From Octopus vulgaris (Eukaryota), in NCBI GenBank assembly GCA_951406725.2, contig OX597819.1:102796001-102860000 (forward strand): a DNA stretch of 64,000 nt, written 5' to 3'. The translations under genes and the position numbers were made by a program. Shown here piece by piece: positions 42,440 through 55,904 of the stretch (positions are counted from its first letter, which is position 1; each line of letters begins with the position of its first letter). The notes beneath the pieces are model-generated. The model searched no databases. It was not told the origin of the DNA and saw nothing but the letters and a program-made list of their open reading frames with translations.

Positions 42440-44650
42440 ATTCGTAAGAAAGGCAAAGAATAGTCAGGTTTTACATAAAATGTGTAACTAATAGCAATAA
42501 AAATTAACAAGTAAATTGTAACAACAAAATTCCTCACAAGAGGTATTTGGCACCGAGGGGTACTCAAAAATCCCCACATATTCTGGGTCAACTTGCTTCC
42601 AAGCACACCACTCCTATCCGTTCTTGCCAATAGCTTATATTTGGTCCATTGATTTGGGCAATTTCCACGACGGTTTTACTGGGATGTAGCTAATCCCTTC
42701 CAAACTTCACCTTCCATTTCAAATGGAAGAGTTAATGAAATCTTGGAGGAAGTGGAAAGTATTTATCTTCAGTCTTTTCGGCTTCACCTGCCACACAATT
42801 TCTTTCGCTATAGAAAAATTTTCTACCTTCCAGACAATGGTATGCGACAGGCTTTTTTGCAATGGAGTCAACCGATAACTCGTGATAGCAGATGTTCGAT
42901 CGACAAATGAGCAATATTCTGGCACTATACGAGTGCGTACTGGACCTTTCATTGCTCTGCTTGAAAGTACTACCATGTCTCATAGACTTGCCTGAAGGTA
43001 CTACCATGCCTATAGAGGTTATCCCGTACCTGCAATGACTACCATAACAGTGCCCATTAAAGGTTTCCAGAATTTATCTATAGGCTCTGAAACAAACCAG
43101 CTAGTAGAATATCGTGGATGACCAGAGACTCCCCAAAGACATCAATACTCTTGTCCAGAATTAATCCCCTATAGAAAGCTATTCTGGAGTTTTTCACCGA
43201 TTGCATTGACCAACAGGCAGATGGCAATGAGCGTCAGCCGATACGTCAGATGCCAGGCACTCTGATCCAGGACTGAAGCTCGACAAACAGTGACAACACC
43301 TGCTCACCGTCAAAGAAGCGTCAGAAATATCGTAACCTCAGGGCATATATTGACTCATCATTAATCACGGCGTACTCACACATCTACTAAGCGAATGTTT
43401 ACTGAAAATAGACCATCTGACCGGCGAACCCGTCCCTCCTACAGTAAGAGGAATAGCAAGCATTCCAGTCTGGTTACTCAGAAAACAATGCAAAGCACGA
43501 TGGCAAGATCCTTTTATTGGCGCCCACCGTTTCTGCTCTGACTTTTAAGGATAGCTTCCTCTCGGATTATTTCTGGGTGAGACTGTCTAGCATATCCATT
43601 ATCTTACCACTGTTCTTGTCCACTTGGAGTACTGGACCGAAACAAACACCGAGCAAAGTAACCAGTCTATCCTTCTAGCACCTCATGAGGCTGTCGGCTT
43701 GCACGAATCTATTTCTCCAGATTCCAAATTGCTGGCCAACTGACATTTCCTAGTTATCTTTGCACTTGTACTCCCGCAGAGCAGTGCCGATTACCTCGAT
43801 GTATCTGCTGTTCAACACTATAACAGTGACATTGTCTACATTTGCTAATACAACTCTCCAGCATCCTAGTTCACACAGAGTGTCCCTCAAAACCTCTCAC
43901 TTCTGCAGTAGTAGCTCAATCGCCATCATGTACAGAAACGAGGTTATCAGCCTCCACGGATCGAGCAAAAACGGATGCATTTTGATAGATGGACATTTAC
44001 TCTGACCACAGAGAAAGCAAATGTCGCTGTATATTGCAGTTGTCCAAATTCCGAAGACGAACCGAAACCAGCCGCAGAGGACATTCACCTTGTACTGATG
44101 GTCGAACCTGTCGAAATGTTTCGAGCCTCCTAAACTGATGAAGGCCCCAACTATGCCAGTTTTATTATTGACACATTCTATACTGTATCGCATGAAGTGA
44201 AGTTTATCGTGAATAGTTATTTTGTGGTTGGTACATGACTGTGCTTCACATACCAAAATATCGACAAGTGCCCATAATTTCCTGATTATGGTTGTGTGGA
44301 CGAACGCTCTGAGATGGTCTCTTGTTGCTCGAATGTGGCTTCTGTGTCATCTTCCTTCTGTTATCACCCATTGTTTCGTCCTACTCGGCAGGGAAATGAG
44401 ATCTGGAATATTTTCTGGAGGATCTAGCTTTACATGGAGAAGGTTCCATAACAGTTTTGCTACCTCGTTCTCTTTACATCCTATAAAGTTTCGATTCCCT
44501 CCATAATAAGGCATGACAGTAAACACCAGAAGCTAGCTCTGGTGAGAGCCCCAAGTACTTGGGAAACATTGTGAAGTCATTGCTGCGCCGAGAAACAACA
44601 GAACATTGCACTGTGAGGGTTTCTGCCTTAAATAGGACTTTGACTATACT
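42440..44650 (-). mobile_element. Decayed L1/Tx1-clade non-LTR retrotransposon (RT and C-terminal region)
   Basis: ORF 43897-44256(-): AQSC...IHDKLHFMRYSI...ISLGGSKHFDRFDHQY...W...IY...FLYMMAIELLL matches Tx1 RT Q....GR.I.DN+.+.R...+D..KAFDRV.H.Y...LY+LA+EPLL. Next comes ANVDNVTV (YADDVT-like). Confidence 0.75.
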
Positions 44651-45311
44651 GAACTGCCTTGCTCTATATATATATGGTGGCCATCCTACCATATATCGCA
44701 AAAGAGCGTTAGAGGCCGTCCTTAGGCGAAGACTTTTTCAACTGTTGTTGACGCAGAAGTCCGTTGTTGCTGCTACCATCGCTGTTCCTTTTGCTGATAT
44801 TATTGCCACTGTTGATGACGCAACTTATTCTTACAACAAGTCTTGTGTGCTACTATAACAACAGTGGTTGTTTTTAACTTTGTAATATCAATGAAGAAAT
44901 CTGCTCCTTAATTTCATGACAGGATGGCGATGAGAGTTAATGTTGGATAAAATTTCTGTAGAAAAATGGTGTGAAACAGAGTAATATTACTGCTCCTATC
45001 TTGCTTGCTCTGTATTTTGCAATAGTCATTCAAACAGCCTTCGAAGGTTGTGCCGAAAAAAATCTATACAAGTTATAGGAAAATGGGAAAACTTTTCAAC
45101 GTCAAAAGACTTTTTGCCAAATGGAAAGATCTTCACTCTCATATCATTGAGTTCTTGTATGCAGATGATTGTGACCAGTAAATACATTTCCAGAAAGACA
45201 CACAACACATAATGAATATCCAGCATGTACAGCATTGGGCCTTATAATCAACTTCAAGAAAATTACATTATTTACATTTAACGGATATTTGTCCTTATCT
45301 TGACAGTTGTT

Positions 45312-45357
45312 AACACAGCGTTTCGGCTGATATACCCTCCAGCCTTCATCAGGTGTC
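45312..45357 (-). ncRNA. Minimal type-I hammerhead ribozyme motif with mutated cleavage triplet
   Basis: Minus strand: GACAC-CUGAUGA-A-GGCUGG[AGGGUAUA]UCAGCC-GAAAC-GCU-GUGUU. Stem I 5 bp, stem II 6 bp, GCU where GUH is expected. Confidence 0.75.
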
Positions 45358-45948
45358 TTGGGGAAATATCGAGCCTGGGTTCTCATACCGAAGGTATTTT
45401 TTGATGCTATTATTACATAATTCCACATCTCTTAAATATAGAACTGTATTCAAGAAAACTTTTTTAATGTACCAACCTGCCCCCCCCCCACCCCAGTTTT
45501 TTATGGAACTTTCTGTAACTGTATATGTACAAAGGTTAGTAGTTGTCACCAAATTCATACATAAAATACACTCGAAAAGACTTCATACTATGGCACCAGT
45601 ACTTTGTACCAGCTACGACTACTATGCATTATGTAATAAAATGTGCAAATCATTGGCGTGGCTCAAGAGTCAGATAAGGGCCTAACATTGCAGTCATTTC
45701 AATGATTCTTTCTAGCAATGGCTTTGCTCGTATACAAGAAGGCAGCCACTGTGTATGCATTTATTTATTTATTTATTTATTTATGTATGTATGTATGTAT
45801 GTATGTATGTATGTATGTATGTATGTATGTATGTATCGGCCTGCAGAATGGCATACAAGATAATTTCTGACTCCAGGCGTTGACAGTTTTTCATCCTGTG
45901 TGTTTTTATTGAGGTGTATGAATATCTGTGTAAGAGAGTGAGAAAGTT

Positions 45949-46008
<60 letters not shown>

Positions 46009-46352
46009 CACCTAGAAGCACTTACTCTCCCCACATACACGCGCGGCGCGGAAGCGGTAAAACATGTGAAAAGACATCAACCTCCAACGCTTGCCGGACA
46101 AGGAGATGAAATTAACAATTTGACAGAAACATAACATGTCACGATCTATAATTAGAGAATGAAACATAACCTCTCCAACATGATGAGAGGGTAAGTCAAA
46201 GCTAAGAGTGGCAGCCATTAGCATAACTGGGGCGAAAATATATTGATACATACAGATTGCTGGCCGTCCTGCTTCTTTTGTACTTTGATTATGTTTTGAA
46301 ATGTCCAAAAATATATTGCTTCATTTTCTTCGTATATCATGTATGTGTGTGT

Positions 46353-46389
<37 letters not shown>

Positions 46390-46603
46390 GGTGTGTGCGT
46401 GCGTGTGTGTATGTGTGTGTATTTGTGTGCTTTTGTGTGTGTGTGTGTGTGTCATTGTAATATATGTAGCTATGTATGCATGTGTGTTTGTAAGTTGATA
46501 GCTTCTATCTGATTTAATGTCCCTGACTTACTGTCTCACTTCTTCTTTATATCTGTGTGTGTATATAATATGTTTGTGTATATACATACATACATACATA
46601 CAT

Positions 46604-46651
<48 letters not shown>

Positions 46652-46656
<5 letters not shown>

Positions 46657-47187
46657 ATAAGATCGTTAATTTAAATTAAATAACGATCTTATCAAGTGGC
46701 CAGCATGGAAATAAAAACCTTCAAAGGTAATAATTATTATTAAAATTATAACTTTAGGGTATCTACGAGATACCGCCATGCTGAAAATAGCAGCCAGGAT
46801 CTGACTCTAAAACCACCTTAAGTTTTCATATCGCGCAAGGAGAGAAGACAAAAAGACAAAATAAAACTAGTAAAAAATTACTGGATAATTCCAGATCCCG
46901 GATTTCTGGCTTTGCATTTAGAAATGCTTTGCCTCATCAGTGGAATATACGCAGAGAGAAACATAAATACATATATGTATATATAAATACAACATACGAA
47001 TACTTACGTATACGAACGTATACATACATATATATGCACGTATGCATCATGACCAGTTTAAAATGCCCGCTTCTAAATTCCATGTGCGATATGGTTAAAA
47101 CATCAACGCAGTAAATACAATGACGAAATAAATTTAAATTTATATAAATAAGGATAAGATCGTTAATTTAAGTTAAATAACGATCTT
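46652..47187 (-). mobile_element. Non-coding HHR-bearing element with a directly repeated terminal hairpin
   Basis: ggataagatcgttaattta(a/g)ttaaataacgatctt occurs at 46655-46690 and 47152-47187. HHR at 46888-46946. Starts at a (TA)n tract. Confidence 0.65.
46888..46946 (-). ncRNA. Type-I hammerhead ribozyme motif with intact core
   Basis: Minus strand: AUUCCA-CUGAUGA-GGC.AAA.GCAUU[UCUA]AAUGC.AAA.GCC-A-GAAA-UCCGGGA-UC-UGGAAU. Stem I 6 bp, near-palindromic stem III AUCCGGGAU, AUC site. Confidence 0.8.
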
Positions 47188-47695
47188 TAATATAAATTTT
47201 TGCCATCATTTTCGTACGTTTGTAATTCAATTTCATAATGGTGTCATTCAAAGTTGCGAAAATAATTAGCACCATGAAGCTAGTCATTCAAATTCGTTTT
47301 TCGATCATTCAATTTCGCACTTCGGTCAAGAATTTTGCATTTACATCATTCAAAGTAAAATGTCCGTCGAGAGCATTCAAATTTGTCGGTATGCGAGGAA
47401 GTGTCTTTTCGAGCATTCAGATTTGCACTCGAGCATTCGAGTTCGGAATAAGTTTATTGAATTTAGCACTAATTTTACAAGTATATTTTTACTCACATTC
47501 TAAGAAGTGGATGTTAAAAATGGCAAATTTAAATGACATGTTTTGTCATGCAAATTTTATTATGTTGTTATAGCTAGAAGGAAGAAATAAATTACGTGAT
47601 TCCTCTGTCCATGAAAGTTTTTTTCACTACAACATTCGTAACCAGTCGGGATCAGTTGCATTTCATACCCATTTCTCTTACACCTACATGTAACC

Positions 47696-48790
47696 ATGGA
47701 ACCACGCGTAAGGTACATGCGTATATCGGACGAATATAGGGCAAAGCTGGTTGACGCCTTCGAGAGGCATCAAACGGATTACTTGAAACTGGCAGACATA
47801 CTTGCAATTAAAACGAGTACTGCCCGATCCAAAGTAGCAACCTATCTATGGTCTGGGAAGCGCCACAAGTTCCCCAGAAGAGCTGCCTCTCCCCCACGTG
47901 AAAGTTGATGAGGAAATGCGAGCCAGGCTTCAGGTGGTTACTGATGCTAACTCGCTCGCAGCCCTTCAATAGATGAAGAGGGACTTAGAGGCAGCATTTC
48001 CCGGAAAGCCGCTGGTTTCCGTGGCTGCAATCTCTCGGGCTCCAGATGGGATGTCGATAACGATGAAGTTGGCCGAAGACGTCCCAGAAGCAAGAAATGC
48101 CCCAATAATTCTGGAAAAGCGTTATGACTACGCGCATTGGTTCATGGAAGAATGAGTCGTTGGCCATTGCGGATTCATTGATGAATGTGGGTACAACATT
48201 TCGAGCAAGCAGTCTTTTGGCTGATCCCCTCGAAGCGTTCCTGTTCCCCGAGTTGTCAACCCTCAGCGTGGAAAAAACTGCAACGTTACTTTCGCGGTGT
48301 CGGGAGAAATCGGCCTGGTTCACCACTCCATTGCGAACGATACCGTTACACGAAACTCTTTCGAGGAGTTCTTGGCGGAAACATTTCGAGCATGTGACAA
48401 TATATTCCCACCAGATGAATCCGTCTATTTGATCTACGACAAGGCGCGGCCACACGTTCGTACCGAGCTACTAATTGACGCCGACACTCAGATCAGTCTG
48501 AAACTCCTGCCTCACTACTCGCCGTTTCTTAATTGTACAGAAGTGGCGCATTCTGCTTTTTAGGTACCTGTCAAGCGGGACCTCGCTCGAGCTGAGTTGT
48601 AGTAAAGGGTTGGTGATCGGACAGTCGCAAAAGAAGCCGGATTAACCATGGAAGAATGGTGAGCACATGTCATACAACAGGTCGTAAGGCGTAACATCGA
48701 AGCTATCACTTCAGAAAATTGTGTTCGTTGGTATACACACACACAGACCTACCTCCCGAGAGGCCACGACCGCCAGGAAATAGACGGCTA
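47696..48790 (+). pseudogene. Disrupted IS630/Tc1-like DDE transposase
   Basis: HTH-like N-terminus (ISDEYRAKLVDAF), FIDECGYN, LIYDKARPH and LLPHYSPFLNCTE, with 33 residues between the second D and the E. In-frame stops and frameshifts. Confidence 0.88.
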
Positions 48791-49223
48791 AATCCTCTCA
48801 AACGAACTCTTCTTATCAAGACTGTAAATCAATAATAATCTTAGTGTACATAGCACCCTTTCACCGATGAAAAACAAAAATGCAAAATCTAAGAAATATA
48901 TTTTATATATATAATTATTAATAATATGGAATATAAAATTTCCAAAGCAGCAGGGGGAAACAAACTCAATTTAGTAATATTAAATGAAATTTCACGATAT
49001 ATTAAATATATATAGAATTAAGAGATAGAATCTCCATAAAGTAATTCAATTAATACGGAAAGATACTATATATATTTGAATATATTATTTTTTATTAGCA
49101 TTATACTAAAAATGTCTATTCTGAATAATATACATTAAAAAAAATACCCATTAAAACGACTTTATTATTAATATTGTGCTAATAATTTCTATACTAAATA
49201 ATATACATTAAAAAAATACACAT

Positions 49224-49336
49224 GAAAACGACGACGCGTGTTTCGTGACAATGTATACAAATCTACAATATCAAAACTGATAATCAAAAATTAATATTTC
49301 TTTAATCCAACGATACATAGCCACTCTTCAGGTTTC
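49224..49336 (-). ncRNA. Type-I hammerhead ribozyme motif with extended stem II and large loop
   Basis: Minus strand: GAAAC-CUGAAGA-GUGGCUAUGUAU[~60 nt]AUACAUUGUCAC-GAAAC-ACGCGUC-GUC-GUUUU. 11 of 12 stem II positions pair. GUC site. Confidence 0.72.
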
Positions 49337-49620
49337 AACAGTTCGTAAGGCGTAACATCGAAACTATCACTCCAGAAAATTGTGTTCGTTAATATGCACA
49401 CACCCAGACCAACGTCTCGAGATGCCTCGACCGTCAGCACAATATTAATAATAAAGTCGTTTTAATGTGTATTTTTTAATGTATATTATTTAGTATAGAA
49501 ATTTTTTAGTACAATCTTAATAATAGTATATTTAAATGTATATAATATCTTTCAGTATTAATTGAATTACTTTATGGAGGTATCTTTCAGTATTAATTGA
49601 ATATACTTTATGGAGGTATC

Positions 49621-49665
<45 letters not shown>

Positions 49666-50510
49666 ATTATAATATATATAATATATACATATTATGCAAA
49701 GCAAGTGCACATATCACAGCATAATATATTCAAAATTAAAGAAAATGAGCATTTGTTTTAATTGTGAATTTCTTTACAAAGATTGAAAAGGCTGGAATGC
49801 GATTTCATGAAGTCTTTAACAATAAATACATGAACCTATGCAAAAATAAAAGAATACATAGAAAAGACATGCCCACGACAGGGTGCTGGATGAAAACATA
49901 TGATTATCACAATGGCCATGAAATAAAACCAAAAGAGCTATCGTGCTAATTTTATTGCTCGAAGTGTTAAGTAGATTGCTCCGAAAGGAATTTGAATGCC
50001 CGGAAAGACGTTTCCTCGTATTCCGACTAATTTGAATGCTCTTGACGGGCATTTTAATTTGAATAATGTAATTGCTAAATTCTTTTCTTTGACCGATGTG
50101 CGAAATTGAATGATCGAAAAACGAATTTGAATGACCGAAAAACGAATTTGACCGAAAAACGAATTTGAATGACTAACATCATGGCGCTAATTTTTCTCGC
50201 GACTCTGAATGACCCGATTAACAAATTGAATGACAAACGTACGAAAATGATTGCAAAAGCCTATAAATGATATAACTACTTCAATATACCAAACGTATGT
50301 GCATGGTTGAAATGCCAGACTGCTATTTTCGCACGGGAAAAAAAAAGCCGTTTATACACGCATTATATTAAAAAAACGCAGTGTACCTCTGAGATAGTCA
50401 ACATGAAATCATCCCTCGAGAGCGATGATATGTCGTTGTTGTAAGGGCTTCTCAAATGTCAAGTACTCGTATCACATCCGAAGCGAAATCAGAAGAACTA
50501 GATTGAAGTA

Positions 50511-50664
50511 TACGAGTGGGTATGGAAAACTTCCTGTCTTTAAGAATGTCGTGAAAGTCCTGGTTGGTGGCCCAACATTCTGAGTTCTTATACAGGGCTA
50601 CAAATGTTGAAGGAACACTGGAAATTTGTGTGAATCTGTGAGGAACTTTCCAGACTTCTTCGTA
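50511..50664. mobile_element. Mariner-derived MITE or deletion derivative
   Basis: Ends TACGAG...GGAAAACTTCCT and AGGAACTTTCCAG...TCGTA are imperfect inverted repeats with TA termini. Confidence 0.65.
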
Positions 50665-50909
50665 TAGTATTTAAAATATACTCTGGTATGAAAAAGCGCC
50701 GCATAAAGAGAACAAAAATTCATTTATTCAACAGATCCAGCTCAATGGTAAATACATCATCAATATAACATAATGAATATATATAAGTGGCTGAAAAGCT
50801 ATAGACTGCGGTTTTAGTCCGAGTAAAAACAATTTATAGTTGTATTGTCAAAACTATTCAGAACTATTGCGAAATATGATCCTAATCATATAATTAACCG
50901 AAACCGACA

Positions 50910-50967
50910 AAAACCTTGTCTGTGGATTTGGCAGACAGAAAGTTAAAGAAGCCCGTTGTATATGTAA

Positions 50968-51000
<33 letters not shown>

Positions 51001-51140
51001 TGTATGTATGTATGTATGTATGTATGTATGTATTTGCGTGCCTGTGTTTGCCCCTCGTCATCGTTTGACAACCGATGTTGGTGTGTTTACGTCCTTGTAA
51101 CTGAGCGGTTCAGCAAAAGACACGGATAGAACAAGTACTT
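50910..51140 (+). mobile_element. SINE family B fragment
   Basis: ggatttggcagacagaaagttaaagaagcccg...gcggttcagcaaaaga. Confidence 0.75.
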
Positions 51141-51420
51141 GTATGACTCTTGAACCGGGCCATAGATTTGCCCATTCTGTTGTATAATGTACAGCTTTGC
51201 TGCTCGTGGAGGGAGCAAGTGCCACAGCATGAATTCTTTTGACATGCATTTTCAATCCTCCATCTGGAAGGCACCCCTTTCCACAAGTTGCACTTGTTCT
51301 GTTGTGAACAATAGACCTATAACAATTTACAATGGGTTGATTATCCGTGAGCTTTCTGATGGTTGACCAGACCTGCATGACTCAAGCATTTCGTCCCTCA
51401 AATCACACACATAAAAAGCA
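51141..51420 (-). mobile_element. Possible RTE-like LINE 3' fragment
   Basis: TCGKGCLPDGGLKMHVKRIH resembles the C-terminal C..CG+.C....GL..H.+.H motif of RTE ORFs. Confidence 0.45.
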
Positions 51421-52481
51421 ACACTCTCGTGTTTTCCACAAGTTCATTCTTTCTATGCAGTTTCTTAATCTTGTGCTTCGTTTTCTCTCTTTCAAAATTT
51501 GAGCAACCATTCTTCATCCATTTCAGTCTTGTGGCTCCCTGTCCAAATCAACAACTGAGACTCTTGTCATGTGTGTGCGTGCGTGTGTATGTGTGTGTAT
51601 GTGTGTACATATGTGTGTGTGTGTTTGTACATATGTATGTTTGTATATAAGAATATATATGCCCGCGTGTATGTGCGTGTGCACACTCATACGCACACGG
51701 TATCTGGCTCGCTCAATAGAGATACGGTTACTAATGTATTTGGAACGAAATATAACAGAAAGAAAACAAAAGATGATTACAGCTCGTAAGTATAAGGGTG
51801 TCAAACATCAGCCCACCCCTGAAACCACCCGTTCATGTACCCTATAAACAAATTCTACCATTCCTACCACCCACATTATGTTTTTGCTTCATCATTTTTC
51901 TTCTACGCTTGTATTATCATATGTGAAAGAATGAGAAAAAATATGAAAATATTTCTTTGAAAATGCTCATTAATCTTATAGTAATGTTAACTTACACACG
52001 AACACACATACATACACACAGTTATATGTATACATATGCATACAAACACACACATATGTAATTATAACGCAGAAACGAGCACACAAAGATATATACATAT
52101 ATATACATAAATATATGCATAACGAGCACACAAAGATATATACATATATATACATAAATATATGCATACATAAATGTGTGCGTTTCTATATGAAAGTATG
52201 TGTAATTAAAAATATGTCTAAACTGTCACACATACCACACTAACAGTAGCGCACATTCAAGCTCATAGAATCATACAGTCTAGAGATATATGGACAAATG
52301 TGTGTGTGTGTGCGTGTGTGTCTATGAGGGTTGGATGGGGGTGTAGGTGTAACGAGAGATAAAATATATATATAGATATAGAAAGACAGGCATATGGATA
52401 GATACACATACACAGATTTAGGTACACGGACACAAATACATACACACATATGCATGTGTGTATGTATAGATGTACATACTT

Positions 52482-52537
<56 letters not shown>

Positions 52538-52801
52538 TCGTACATATATAGACAGAGAGAGAGAGTGAGGGAGAGGGTTGGAGGGAAGGGTCATGGGAGA
52601 AGGGGAGAGTGAGAGAGGCATATTTTTGTATTCTACATAGTTTTCTAATAAACTTCATCATGAAACCTTTATGGTGGTCGTCCGTACAATTTCTTCCTGG
52701 CACTATAATTGATGTAGACCTTGTTGTTATTGTCTTTAGTCTTTAGTGTTGTTGAATATATAGATACACACACGCATACACGCACTAAGACACACACACA
52801 T

Positions 52802-52862
<61 letters not shown>

Positions 52863-53014
52863 GATATATGTATACATATACAACATATATATAAATATAT
52901 ATTGTTATACAATATGCACACATACACACGTATATATATACGCATGTATGTAAATATATGTACATATACACACATACATACATACATATATATATATATA
53001 AACACATATATATA

Positions 53015-53059
<45 letters not shown>

Positions 53060-53677
53060 TTATGCGTATATATATACGCATATATATGTATATATGTATA
53101 TATATGTATATGTATGAATGTATGTATGTACATGTATGTAAACACATGTATGTATCTATTTATAGCTACATATATACCTACATATAAATGTGACAACACG
53201 AGGAATAACAATATTTTTTTCCCTGCCTGTTTGTGTCTGTTCATGTATGTATTTGAGTGTATATATATCTGTGTGTATAAGCATATCAATGTACGTGCGC
53301 ATGTTTGTGAGTGTATATGGTTCTGTGTATATTTATATTGTTTAAACTTTATGACTGCATACTTTACGAGATGATAATTTGTTTTTCTTGTTTGTTTTTT
53401 ATTGGCCAATTTTCTTGTAGAGATTTTCATGTTTGTTTAGGTCTTTTGCTCCTGGTTTTGTTTATTCAATAATCCCAGCCAGGCTTTCAGAATGGATGAG
53501 AGTTATATGAGAAATATGCTAAAGCCATCTCACTAGCGACACCTACAATTTGACCGTTTTTAATTTCACAAACACCTGTTTTACTAAATTAATCACTTTG
53601 TCTTAAAGAATGTCAAATAGAAAATTGCTTTCCCAGACGGACTGGTAACAAGCCAGAAGTTTTATAGTTCTAGTAGC

Positions 53678-53734
<57 letters not shown>

Positions 53735-54107
53735 GTATATATACACACAGTACGTATGTATGTATATATGTACATATACACACATACATAAATATATATA
53801 AACACATATATATACCTATAGACTTATATATGTATGTATTTATGCGTATACATATACGTATATATATGTATATATGTATGTATATATATAATTATATATA
53901 TATATACATATATACATACATTCATATATACATACGCACACGCGCACATTTGTATTTACATGTAATAAACAAGTGTGCGTGAATGTGTCCATGCATGTAG
54001 GTAGCGATGTATGCGTATGTATTCGTATGTGTATGTGTGTGTGTAAGCGTGTAATTATGTCCGTATATATATATATGTATGTGTGTGTGTGTGTATGTCT
54101 GTGTGCG

Positions 54108-54219
<112 letters not shown>

Positions 54220-54224
54220 GATGT

Positions 54225-54350
54225 ACAGGCGTAGCTTTGTGGTAAGAAGCTTGATCCCCAACCACATAGTTCCACTATCAGTCCTGTCCTCTATTTAAGA
54301 CTTGGCCCGACCTAAGCCTTTTGAACGGATCTGGTAGACGGAAACAGCGT

Positions 54351-54423
<73 letters not shown>

Positions 54424-54635
54424 TTTGTGTATGTGTTAGTGCCATCATCACATCTTGACAACCGTTGTTGATGTCTTTTCTTCCAGTAACATAGCGGTTC
54501 GGCAACAGAACCGATAGAGTGAGTACTAAGGCAAAATAAAAATTCCTGGGGGCGATTGGTCCAATTAAAACACTTCAGGGCAGTGCTCCAGCATGACCGT
54601 AGTGAAACGAATGAATCAAGTTAAGGAATAAAAGA
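54225..54635 (+). mobile_element. SINE family B, decayed
   Basis: Similar to 23700-24105. Confidence 0.75.
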
Positions 54636-54782
54636 CACAGAAAGGTACACATTGTAAGCATATACGTGCGTGCATGTCTGTGTGAGTATTTTAGTGACAA
54701 TTTTTGTGAAAACATATGGAACGACACTCCGGTATTACAAAAAAGAACACATCAATACTCACACGCACTCATTTTACATTTA

Positions 54783-54813
<31 letters not shown>

Positions 54814-54863
54814 TCTCTCTCTCTCTCCCCATCTCTCACACATACACATACACACACGTATAT

Positions 54864-55229
54864 GAGCACTCCGTCGGTTACGACGATGAGGGTCCCAGCT
54901 GATACGTTGATCGTGGAATTAACGTGCAAATGGCTGAGCATTCCACAGACACGTGTACCCTTAACGTAGTTCTCGGGGAGATTCAGCGTGACACAGAGTG
55001 TGACAAGGCTGGCCCTTTGAAATACAGGTACAACAGAAACAGGAAGAAAGAGTGAGAGAAAGTTGTGGTGAAAGAGTACAGCAGGGTTCACCACCACCCC
55101 CTGCAGGAGCCTTGTGAAGCTTTAGGTGTTTTCGCTCAATAAACACTCACAATGCCCGGCCTGGGAATCGAAACTGCGATCCTACGACCGCGAGTCCGCT
55201 GCTCTAACCACTGGGCCATTGCGCCTCCA
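54864..55229 (-). mobile_element. tRNA-derived SINE with family C head and family D 3' body
   Basis: Head ggaggcgcaatggcccagtggttagagcagcggactcgcgg...gtttcgattcc. 3' part matches 34620-34807. Confidence 0.8.
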
Positions 55230-55845
55230 CATACACACACACACATACATGAACGGAGGATAAATACACTACTCGCATGTAGCATACAAATAGATATTTG
55301 CATACGTAAGTATTTGGCGTTCTCGCCAACCGCTGCAAGGACGATTTGTCGTCTCCATCCGTTATTTTTTATGCTTTTAAAAACAGCACATCTGTAAGAC
55401 ATTTCACCTTGAACGAAAACTACAATATCTTGCTTGTCGACTGTGTATCTACGTTATGTATGGTACACAGATTGCTGTTTTAATTTAGTGCTGTTTCAGT
55501 TGCGTAAACAGGATTATTATTAGATGATAAAGACGGACGAAAATTCTGCTATGCATTTTGATATGGCAACGATTCTGCCAACTCGCCACAATACAAAAAT
55601 AATAATAATGATGCCTTCTGATCTTTGCACAAGATCAGTAATTTTCAGGAGAGGCGATTTGTCGACAACGTTGACCCCATTAACTGATTGGTAGAAATCT
55701 TCCTTAGGATCCACAATAACGAGCATTGTGAAAACAAAACGTGTTTGCAATCTGAATGGAAGCGTAAGAGCAACATGCAATACATCGAAGAACGTGTTAA
55801 GAATTTCAATGATATACGTAAGCAAACATACACAGATACGTACAT

Positions 55846-55899
<54 letters not shown>

Positions 55900-55904
55900 A
55901 TAAT

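Larger units (their letters stand above)
47191..50265 (+). mobile_element. Tc1/IS630-type DNA transposon with long (~250-300 bp) internally repetitive TIRs
   Basis: Left TIR ~47191-47460 and right TIR ~49945-50265 are inverted copies with TATA at both ends and repeated CATTCAA motifs. Internal decayed transposase. Confidence 0.88.

Noticed and set aside
47191-47460. Regularly spaced CATTCAA motifs suggesting a CRISPR-like array
   Set aside because: The repeats are only ~7 nt, are mirrored in the right TIR, have no cas genes and sit in eukaryotic context. They are TIR modules.
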